64,000 nucleotides of DNA from Cyanophora paradoxa CCMP329 (lineage: Eukaryota > Plantae > Glaucophyta), in assembly GCA_004431415.1 (NCBI GenBank), contig QPMI01000270.1, positions 1 through 64,000 of the forward strand, read 5' to 3'. Numbering within the stretch: position 1 is the stretch's first letter; each line of letters begins with the position of its first letter. A program made the position numbers and the translations under genes. Below the pieces are notes generated by a model. That model was not told the DNA's origin, did not search any database, and saw only the letters and a program-made list of their open reading frames with translations. This document shows positions 47,321 to 57,745 of this stretch, piece by piece.

Positions 47321-48971
47321 ATGGAAACGCTGCCCGACGACGTGCTGGCGCTGATCCTAGCGGCCGCCGCGCCGGACTGCTGGACGTCTCTCCGTGCCGT
47401 GTCTCATGCGTACGTGTCCCCCCGACCGTCAACGGCGCGTTCGATCTAACCGCCGTGCGGGCAACTTAGCTGGCGGCGCATCACGGACGAGCTGCGAGAT
47501 TCGATCGTGTTGTCTAAATGCTCCGGTGATACTGGGACAGACTCTGCGATCACGTTGGTGCAGCGCAGCCCGTCGCTCCGGCGGTTGCGGGTCGTGTGCG
47601 CATGCACGCGCAGCGCCAGCGCGTCGGGCTACCAGCAGCGGCAGAACAGCACACAGAAACACCGGTTGTGCGAGGATGCTCCGGGGCATATTGCGGCGCA
47701 GCAGATATCGATGGCGAGTCGCCTGCTCGCCTGCAGCTGCGGTACCGGTCCCCTGCTCGTCGACCTGGACGTGAGCGGCCTGGAGCTCGCCCCTGCGTCG
47801 TGCGTCATCCGGGTGGCGCCTCTAGCTCTCGGGCATTCACCGGTACGCCTGCGCCCGTCATCCGCAGGTTCGCGAGCTCGAGCCGGGCGAGCTCGAGGGC
47901 AGCCGTCGGCCGCGGAGCTCGAGCCGCGGCAGGCGAGGGCGGGGTCGAGGGGGCCCTTCTGCAGGGCATCGCGCGCCTGGCGGGTGCGCGCATCCGCTCC
48001 GCCGCTCGCCCGGCCCCACCCACGGCCCGCGGGCCGAGGCGGTACGGGTGCGCGCGGGCGGGCCGGGTGCGCATGCGCAGGGGCGGTGGCGGGGAGCGGA
48101 AGTCTGCAGCGGCTCGCGCTGCGGTGCATGGCCGGCGCCTTCGACGACGACGCCGCGCAGTGCGCCGCTCCCCCGGCCCCCGCGCGCCCCACCGGCCGCC
48201 GAGGAGGGCGGTGCCGGATGCTCGCAGGGGGCTGGCGGCCGGCGTGGAGGGCAGCGCCTCCCTCACGAGCCTCGACCTCGCCGGCAACAGCATCGAGGAC
48301 AGGGCGCGGCCCCTCTCTGTCCCTCCACCCTGCTCCGCCCCGCCCCGCCCTGACGCCGGCGGCGAGCAGGGGGCCGAGGCGCTCGCGGGGGCCCTCGATC
48401 GGCGGGGCCGGCCGCTGCAGGCGCTTCTCCTCCAGTCGAACCGCGTCGGGCCGCGCGGCGCGGCGGCAATAGCCCGCCTCGCGGCCTGCGGACTCCTCGC
48501 CGCCCTCGACCTCTGTGCGCTCCCCCCCCCCCCCCGCGCGCGAAGGCCGCCGGCCTCACCGCCGCGGGGCGGTAGCGGGGAACCCGTGGGGACGAGGGGC
48601 CGCGGCGCTGGCGTCGGCCCTCGCCTCTCCAACCGCCGGCGTCTCCGACCTCGGCCTAGCCGCCGCCGGCCTCGGACCCCGCGTGCGCCCCGCCCGGGCC
48701 CGACCCCGCCACCGGGGCGCCGAGGCGGGGCGGCAGGGGGTCGAAGCGGTGGTGTTGGTGGCGGCGGAGAGCAGAACGCTGCTGCGGGTCGAGCTCGCCT
48801 GCAACGTGCGCCCTGCCCTCCGTCCTCCAAGCGGCAGCGGCGCTGGAGCGCTGGGCCAACGGGTGGCAGGGGGTGGACGCGGGGGCGCTGGAGGCGGTGC
48901 GCGGGGCCCGTCGCGCCCGGCCGGCCCTCGCCCTCACCGGCCTTCTTGAGCCCGCCCCGCCCCCCTGCTAG
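47321..48971 (+). CDS. F-box / RNI-like leucine-rich-repeat protein
   Basis: N-terminal [13 protein letters not shown]...LRAVSH.WRRI (F-box); LRRs [24 protein letters not shown] and [20 protein letters not shown]. 3' end is tentative. Confidence 0.75.
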
Positions 48972-49070
48972 CCCGCCACGCCCCGCAGGCCCGTCGCGCC
49001 GGCGTGTGCGCCATTGCAAGGATGTGCGACGTGCCTGGTGCTACCTGCGGGGGCCGGGCGGGGGCGGGGC

Positions 49071-50475
49071 CTAGCTCGAGGCGCCCTGAAGGCGCTCCTG
49101 CGCCTCGCGGTAGGGCGGCTGCGGGGCGGCGGCGGTCAGCTGCAGGCGAGCGGGGCGGGGCGGGGCGGAGGGCGGCACGTTGATGGGGGTCTGCGCCGGG
49201 GGCCGGAAGGCGTAGGCGTCGGGGGCGGGGTAGGAGGTGTCGGGGTCGTCGGCGAAGCCGGAGAGGTCGCCGCAGGCGAGGAAGGGGACGATGACGCGGG
49301 GCGCCCCCTCGAGCGCCCCCGACGCCCCGTAGTTCTCGTCCAGCAGCGGGCTCACCAGCGTCGGCGCGTAGCCCGGGGGTGGCCGGTAGCCCCGGCACAC
49401 GACGAAGGCCTCGATGGAAGAGTTGCGCGAGCTCTTCGGCTTTGAGCAAGCCACGTGCTCGAAGAAGAGCTTCAGCTGCGAGTACAGCAGCGTCACGTCC
49501 TTGCCCCGGAAGATCTGCGCCCCGCGCCCCCGCACTCAGCCCCCGTCTCCCTCCCCCGCCGCAGGCATCGGCACCTTCGCCACGAAGCTGCCGCCTGCGG
49601 GCGAGGGGCCGCCGCACCGGCGCGTCAACGGCGACGCGGTGGCGCCGGGGCGGAGGGTCCGGGCGCGGTGCGTACCGGGCCGGAGCAAAAACGATGCGAT
49701 GTTGAAGGCGGCGAGGATCAGCTGCGCCTGCACGTACTCGTCCACTGTGCCCCGCCCCCTCAGCAGCCGCCCGTCGGGCCCGCGCGGAGCCGCCCCGCGC
49801 CGCCGGCGCGGTCCGCACCGTCGTGCATGCCAGTGACTGCGGGGCGGGTGAGCCGGGCGGGGCGGGGCGGGGGGAGGGGTGGGGCGGGGGGGGGGGGGGG
49901 GGGGGGGGGGGCGGGCCGTCGGGGGCGCCGTCGGAGACGACGATGTCGGCGAGCTCGTTGTCGAAGTGGGCGAGGACGCGCTCCACCGTCTCCCGGCTCG
50001 TGATGTCCCCCTGCAGCTGGATCACCCCCTCGATCGGCGCCATCTCCTGCAGGTCCACCGCCACCACCTGCCCGCCCCGCGCCCCGTCAACCCTCGGCCC
50101 CCCGGCCCCTCGCCCCGCCGCACACCGCCCGTGGCGCGCCCCCGATCGATCGCCACCGCCGGCCCCTAGCTAGCGGCCGAATGTGCGCAGATCAGTTACC
50201 TTGCACTCTTGCTGGCCCTTGTCGCGCCGCGCCACGCGCCGCGCGATGACTTGCGACCAGGAACCTGCGAAGAGTGAGCGCGCCTTCGCTGTGACGCGCG
50301 CAAGGGGCGGCGGACCCGGTGCGGCGCAGAGGTCGACGACGCGGTTAACCGTGCTGGGGAAGAGCCCGAACTCATCGTCGAGCTGCATCAGCTTGTAGGC
50401 GCTGCGGGCGCGGTAGCCCTCCTCCTTCGCGCGCCGGTAGTAAACATCCCGCTTGTCCTTCGAAGACTTTCCCAT
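49071..50475 (-). CDS. TRM7: tRNA (C32/G34) 2'-O-methyltransferase Trm7/FTSJ1
   Basis: [98 protein letters not shown]. Confidence 0.96.
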
Positions 50476-51138
50476 CGCTTTCTGGGCCACTGGGCGCGCT
50501 GGAGCCTGGATACGCCGGATGCGCTAGCCGCTGGGCTGCGGCGGGCGATTTATAAACAACTGAAAGCGATCTTGAGCTCAAGTACTAGTAAAACAGTGTC
50601 GAAGCAAGCTGATCGCCTTCTGTACCCCCGCTCCCTCAGTTCCCGTACCCACATGCGGCAGTTAGAAGCAAACAAACTTGAAACTGCGTCAGCAATGTGA
50701 AGAAGAGCACAACCGGTACCTGCGCGCGTGCGCCGCGGCGCAGATCGACGCGCGCGGAGGCCATGCAGTTGCAGGGGCCGGGTTACCTGGGGTACAGCGC
50801 TAGACACCGAACACTCGCGCGGCACCGAGAACGGGCGCCGCGCAAGCCGCGGGAGCGGCGGCAATCGCTCGAGGAGGTCGCCTGGGAGCGGGCTTTCGCG
50901 GCGTCGGCCGCGGGTAGCCGGCGCCGTGCTTGCTGCTAGCGCTGAGGCCCGAGGGACGTCGACGTCCCGTCCGTGACGTGACGCGTGATTCACGACCCCA
51001 ACGGCTGCGATACCCCCACCACCGACTACAAAAGCGCGGCTCGGACTCCGAACGCTCACATTTGTCAAGCACCAAGAAGCTTTCGTCGCGCTCCAGCCTC
51101 CAGGCCTCCAGCCTTCTTCGTCCTCACACAAAGTCAAC

Positions 51139-51997
51139 ATGGCCGGCCGCATCTTCTCCGCCATCGCCCGTGGTGCGTCGAGCTGTCCGCCGGGTGCTCC
51201 GACTTCGCGCGGACCGTCGGACGCTAACGGCCCCGCCTTCCCCAGACCTCAAGCAGTGCCCGGAGATCATCGCGCTTGCGGTCCCTGTCACCATCGCGTC
51301 CAGCGTCGCGATGTGAGTCTCCGTTCTGAACATGTTCTCGAAGACCCGAACTCACCTTTTCCTGGCAGTTACACCGGCGTCGCCAAGAGCGTGTTCCCCG
51401 TCAGGTGAACTCCCCTCGCTTCGCCATGCCCAAGCATACGAAGCTCGGAGGCGGCGCCCCAGCGTCCGCCGGCTTCGTCTAGATGCGCCCGTGGTTTCGC
51501 CCGCGACGGTGACGCTGACCTGCGCTGCTCGCATCAGCAATGACGTCGCTTTCAAGAAGGAGGACATGCAGGGCGCGCTTTTCGTCAAGAACCAGAAGGT
51601 GCGGCTCCCGGGCGGACGGGCGGCCGCGTCTCGCCGGCCGCGTCCCCTCGCTCCTCGGCATCATCGGCGCAATCCTGACCTCAGGCGTCTTCTCTCGCAG
51701 TTCGAGAACGTCGCGCCGATGAGCATCTGGAGCGGCTACTCGGACCGCTTCCTGGGCTTCATGTCCGCCATCCCCGAGGTGCGACGAGCTACCTGCGAGC
51801 CGCCGCGTTTCGCCTCGGAGCCAGGCCGGCGCTGACCGGCTTCGTGCTCATCGCAGGAGTTCCACAAGGAGAACATGGAGCAGAAGCGCGCGGAACAGGC
51901 GCGCAAGCACCAGGAGAACGAGGCGCGGCTCGCCGCCGAGATGGCCGCCTTTGAGAAGGGGCAGAAGAAGGAGACCAAGAAGGGCTGGCTCCACTAA
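51139..51997 (+). CDS. Small single-TM protein, NDUFA4/B12D-like
   Basis: Spliced MAGRIFSAIARDLKQCPEIIALAVPVTIASSVAIYTGVAKSVFPVSNDVAFKKED...KKGWLH*. The 'K..PE...L' + TM + 'DV..K' layout resembles NDUFA4/B12D, with an extra charged C-terminal helix. Confidence 0.5.
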
Positions 51998-52973
51998 GCG
52001 CGCTGCCCGAGCTCCTCGAGCCGCCCCAGCTTTCCTTTCAACTAGCACAGTCCTCGCAATTTTCCCAGCCGCAGGGTTTCAGCCTGCAGGATCGTATAAT
52101 CGCTTGCAATATATGGCTCCTCCAGTTTTAGGGTAGAGCCGGGTGTGTGTACAGTAGTTATTGATGTGCAGTGCAGATGTAGGATATTTCAGGTTCACGG
52201 TTGTAAGAATGGGAACCATTCTTTGAACTCGTGCCCGGCGGCGCGCGCCGACGGCGGCTGCGCCTATAGCTATAGCTATGCCCAGCTATCCGGTAGCTTC
52301 GCCACTGGGCCGCGGCACTTTGTGCATGCTTTCCAACGTCAACTACTGTGTACTATGGCATGCGCATGCACTCTGCCAGCGCTAGCGCGCGGCATATGCA
52401 TCGAAATCGGCATCGCGTCGAATCCGCCGTCGATAGCGCGGCCGCGGCGGCCGCGGCGCGCGTGCGCGCGTCAAAACGTCGCCGAACGCGCATATGCATG
52501 CGCGCCAGTGATCATGAGACGGATCCGGACCTGTGGGGGGCCCAGGGGGGAGGAGGCCAGGGGGGATAGCGATTCAGTTGCAGCAGCCGCTGATTCAAGT
52601 AACCGCCGCACCTAGTTCGCCTGCACAGCGCGAGCGAGCTTCTCTCGAGAGAGCGCGGCGGGGGTGCAGAGCCGTGAAGTCGGAGGGCGAGCACGCGAAG
52701 ACAACGCGCACGCCCCAAGCCCCCCGACTGGGTGGCGCTACGCATCTCCGACTGCCCACGCACTCGGCAGAGAAGTGAAGCATCAGCGGCGCGGAGGCGC
52801 CGCAATGCAGCGGCGCGGAGGCGCGGCAATGCGCCAAGGCGACCGCGCAGTCGCGCTGAGCGATGTAACAATGGCACAAAAAGCAGATCCAGGAGCAGCC
52901 ACGCCTGCGTTCCTCGAATCGGTGCGCATGCACGTGCGATGGAACGACCGCAAGGCTACTAGTACTGACAATC

Positions 52974-55900
52974 ATGAGCGCCCAGAACTTTCTGTTGAAT
53001 GCTCTCAAGCGGGTCCAAGCTAGCTTTGTTCTCGCAGACCCCTCGCAGGTGCTCGCCTGTTCTCGCCCCCCGCGCGCCAGCAGTCCCCAATTTGACCGCA
53101 TCGCCAGCCCGACACGCCGATCGTCTTCGCGAGCGCGGGCTTCTACAAGCTTACGGTACGCCGCGCCCTGCTGAAAGCGAGGCCCCCATGACCGGTCCGC
53201 CGCGCAGGGCTATGCGCCGCACGAAGTGCCCCCCTCGCTCCCGCCGGCGCGGCTCGTCTCACGGCGGGGCCAGGTCATCGGGCGGAACTGCCGGTTCCTG
53301 CAGGGGCGGGACACGTCGCCGGAGGACGTGGAGGCGATCCGCGAGGCGATCCGCGCGGGCACGGAGGTGCACGTGGGCGGCCCTCGTCCCCCCCGGGGCG
53401 GCGCGCGGGGGCCGAGCGTGGCGGGCGCGGCAGGTGTCGCTGCGGCTGACGAACTACCGGAAGGACGGGACGCGGTTCAGCAACCTGTTCTACCTGGCGC
53501 CGCTGCACGACGGGGCCGGCAATCTCAAGTTCTTCATCGGCGTGCAGACGGACGTCTCCGAGGAGGGCCCCGAGGAGCCCCGCCTCAGCGAGGACGCACC
53601 GCTCATCCCCCGCCCCGAGCCCCACCGCGTCCGCCCGCCCCGCCCCGCCCCCGCCCCGCCCCCATCCCGCCCCGACCCCGCGCAGGCGGCGCACGTGCAC
53701 GTTGTCCGCGTCTCCAACACGAGCGGCGCCTCCGCTCCCGGCACGCCCCCGGAGCTCGCGCTGCCCTCAAAGCCCGGGTCCGCGGGGCGCCGGGGCGGGG
53801 TGTTGGTGGGCGGGGCGTGGGAGCTGAGGCGGGGGGCAGGCGGGTGAGCCTGCCGATGCTGCTGCAGTTCGAGAACGTGAGCTACGCTGTGATGGCGGTG
53901 CCGCCGGGGCCCCAGGGGAAGCCGTCGTTCTGGAAGGCCTGGCTCCCGGGCTTCCTCCTCCCCAAGTCCGCCGGCAAGCCCAAGGAGCGCGTCCTCCTCA
54001 AGGGCATCTCGGGGACGGTCGCGCCGAGCGAGCTGCTCGCCGGTGCCCCCCCCGCGCCGGCCGCCCGGCGCCCGGGGCTGACGCCGGGCGGGGCGGGGGG
54101 CAGTCATGGGCCCCTCGGGGGGCGGCAAGACCACCTTGTTGAACCTCCTCGCCGGGCGCCTGCAGGGCAAGGTGCGCCGGCGGCGGCGGGGGCGGGGCCG
54201 GGGGGTCGGCGAGGGGCGCCGCGGCAGATGACGACGGGGTCGGTGCTCTTCAACGGGCGCCCGCGCACCTCCGACCTCAAGCGCCGCATCGGCTACGTCC
54301 TCCAGGCCCGCCCTCGCCCCGGGCCCGCGCCCCCGCCCCGCACCGAGCCGCCCCGTCGCAGGACGACGTTTTCTTCGCGAACCTGACGGTCCAGGAAACG
54401 GTGCGGCCCCTCACTGTGCGCCGCCCGCCGGCTGTGCCCTCACCCGCCGGCCCCACACGTGACCCCAGCTGGAGTTTACGGGTGCGCTCCCCGGGGGTCG
54501 TCGCGCTCGGGCGAGTGGGCCTGAGGCGGGGCGCAGCGCTTCTGCGGCTGCCGCGGACGCTGACGAAGCAGGCGAAGCGCGCGCGCGTGCAGGAGGCGAG
54601 CGGGGCGGGGGCGCCGGGATGGGGGGCGGGTGGTGAGGCGGGGCGGGGCAGGTGATGGGCGCGCTGGGCCTGCTGAAGTGCGCGCACACGATCATCGGGA
54701 ACGCCTTCATGCGCGGCGTCTCCGGCGGCGAGCGCAAGCGCGTCAACATCGCGTGCGCCGCGGGCCCCCGGGGGCGCTGGCGGGGGGCTGGGGCGAGGGG
54801 GCGGGGCGGGGCGGCAGGTGCGAGATGCTGGTGGACCCGAGCCTGCTCCTCCTCGACGAGGTGCCCGCCCCCCCCGCGCTCGGGGTGCCGGCCGGGCGGG
54901 GGGCGAGGGGCGCCGCAGCCGACCTCGGGCCTCGACTCGAGCACCGCCCTCCAGCTCATGTACACCCTCCGCGTGCGCCCCCAGCGCCCCGCCTCGACCC
55001 CCCGGCCCCGATCTCACCCCCGCCCCAGAAACTCTGCACCGAGGGCCGCACCGTCGTCGCCACGGCGCGCCCCGCCGGCCGCGGGTGTGGGCGGGGGCGC
55101 TGAGGGCGGGGGCGCAGCTGCACCAGCCGAGCTCGCAGATGTTCGAGCTGTACGATAAGCTGCTGCTGGTGGCGGACGGGCAGACGGCCTTCTACGGCAA
55201 GGCCGCCGACGCCGTCAAGTACTTCGCCGCTGTCGGCTTCCCCTGCCCCGTGCCCGGCCCCCCCGCCCCCTCCCCCCGCCCCCCCACCCCACACCGACCT
55301 TGCCCGGGCTGCGAGCAGCCCACGTATAACCCAGCCGACTTTTTGGTGAGCGCGCCGGGCGCCGGGCGGGCCGCTGTGGGCGACGCGGGGGGGGCAGCTG
55401 GGCCTGCTGGTGCCGCAGAGCGTGGAGCTGGAGGGCCCGCGGCCGGCCGGGCTCCCCGCGGGGGACGCCAAGGCCGAGGTCCTCAGGGCCTGGGAGCAGC
55501 GCCACCACCACGCCGCCTCCCCGCACCCCGAGCACCCCCACCGCCCCGACCCCGCCGACGCCCCCGTGCCGCCCCGCGCCCCTGCGCGCCCCGGCGCGAG
55601 GGTGACGTGGGGCGGGGCGCAGGGGCGGCGGGGCGCGAAGTTCCCTGTGTCGTGGGTGGAGCAGTTCGGGGTGCTGACGAGGCGGGCGCTGCGGCAGAAG
55701 CGGGGGGACTCGCTCTCGCAGCTCTCGCTCGTGCAGGTCCTCCTCCTCGCCCTCCTCTGCGGCGTCCTCTGGTTCCGCATGCCCTTCGCCGAGTCCCGCC
55801 TCGAGAACCGCACCGGCCTCATCTTCTTCAGCTGCGTCTTCTGGGTCCGCCCCGCCCCCGCCCTCACCCCGCCCCACGTCTCACCGGCCCTCACCCTGCC

Positions 55901-57099
55901 CCGCCCCAGGGCTTCTTCCCCCTCTACAGTGCGCCGGCGGCGCGCGGGGCGGGGCCGGGGCTCACCCTCGCGCGCAGACGCCCTCTCGGCGTTCCCGCCG
56001 GAGCGCGGCGTGCTCATGCGCGAGCGGGCCTCGGGGGCCTACTACCTCTCCAGGTGCCCCACCGCCCCCGCCCCTCCCGCTCGCCCCCGCGCTCACGCGC
56101 GGCAGCTACTTCATGGCGAAGACCACTTCAGAGATACCCCTCGGTCCGCACCGCCCCGCCCCGGCGAGGGCCCCACTCCAGGGGGCCTGCTAAGGGCCGC
56201 GCAGAGTGCGTCTTTCCGACGCTGTTCGCCGTGATCGTGTACTGGATGTCGGGCCTGCGGAACGACGGCGGGGCCTTCATCGTCTTCCTTCTAATCCTCG
56301 GTATCCGCCCCGTACTATACATTGCTTCACTAAGCCTTCATCGCCTCCCTCGGCATTCACGTCATTATGCCAGTTCTTTCGAGCCTTGTCGCACAGTCGG
56401 TGGGCCTCTTCATCTCGACGGCGGTGCCGAACTTGTGCGCGGGGCGCGTGCTCGAGCTCGGGACGCCGGGGGCTGAGGCCCTCGCGCAGCAAGAAGGCCC
56501 TCGTCGTCGCCTCCCTCTTCATGCTCGGTGCAGATGACCCGGATGCGCTGCTCTGCCGCCTCGCGCGTCGTTCCCGACGCCCCTTCCCGCAGCGAGCATG
56601 CTCGTCGGCGGCTTCTACGTCTCCAACGAGGCCCTGTCCGCCGCCGGCCCCGCCCCCGCGCCGCCCCGCGCCGCCCCCGTGACCGGCGGCGCAGGCCGAT
56701 CTGGATCCGCTGGATCCGCTACGTGTCCTTCGTCAAGTATTCCTTCGAGTGCGCGGGGCCGCCGGGGGGGCGTCTGGGGGAGGGCCGAGGTGGGGCGGCG
56801 CGGGGGCGCAGGGCGATGCTGCTGAACGAGTTCAGCGGGGGCAACCACAGCTGCGACGTGGTGCCCTCCAAGTACGCCGCCTGCCTCGCCTCCAACTACA
56901 CCGCCGGCATCCCCGTCCCCGACATCCTCGCCATGCTCGGCACCGAGAACTCCATGGGTCCCCTGCCGCCGCAGCGCCAGCCCCTCCCCTACTTGCTGAC
57001 TCTCCCTGTGCCGCCGCGGCAGGCCTCAATGTCGGCTCCCTCGTCATCATGCTATTTGGCTTCCGCTTTCTTTCCTACCTCTGCCTCCGCTACAATTAA
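52974..57099 (+). CDS. LOV-domain / ABCG half-transporter fusion protein
   Basis: LOV: [42 protein letters not shown]...NYRKDGTRFSNLFYLAPLHDGAGNLKFFIGVQTDVS. Linker, then ABCG: LQFENVSY, MGPSGGGKTTLL, IGYVLQDDVFFANLTVQET, VSGGERKRVNIA, LLLLDEPTSGLDS, HQPS, and TM domain (FPPERGVLMRERASGAYYLS, WIRYVSFVKYSFE). Confidence 0.9.
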
Positions 57100-57745
57100 C
57101 CCCTACAATCAGCCGCCCCCCAGCGCCTCCCCCCTGTTTATTTACAAGATTCTACTTATAATTACGTATTGAACCGCACGTGATAGAGCATGTAGCGACC
57201 GGGCGGCAGCAACGGTAGCTTATCATGACTCAGTGAACCAGCCGTTGAGCTGCAGCCAGCTCAGCGGCTGCAGCTGCAGCTGCAGCTGCGCGTGCATGCA
57301 GGCCTAGCTATAGGTGGCCTAGGCCTGGCCATGGCCATGGCAAGCCGCCCGGCCCCGGGCCCTGCGGGGAGCTCGCAGTAATTCTCTGCGCGCATGCGCA
57401 GTGCTATAGCGCTATACCTAGCTAGCCTGTAGCGCTTCTAGGCTTGTGGCCTCGAGCTCCAGCCCCCCCCCCCCCCCCCACATTTGGCCGGGTACAGACG
57501 CGATGTCCAGCTCAACCCCCATCAAGCCTGAAGTACTAGCAGGATGAGCAGCTCCTGTAGATAACTATGTCTATAGCTTGAAAGAGGCGGGCAGCGCCTG
57601 GCGCTACACACGCAGACTTCGAAGGAATGGACCTGCCGGACAACCTCAGGCTCGCGGATAACGCGGCGTTCGCGCAAATACTCGAAGATGAAGGTTCGCG
57701 AGACGCGGATGCGCGCGCTCACTCTGCGGCTTTCGAACGCCGGTC

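Noticed and set aside
49071-49074. Convergent F-box/LRR and TRM7 genes sharing stop codons in one CTAG palindrome
   Set aside because: It requires an extra GC-AG intron at 48940; an in-frame TAG at 48969-48971 ends the F-box gene more simply.
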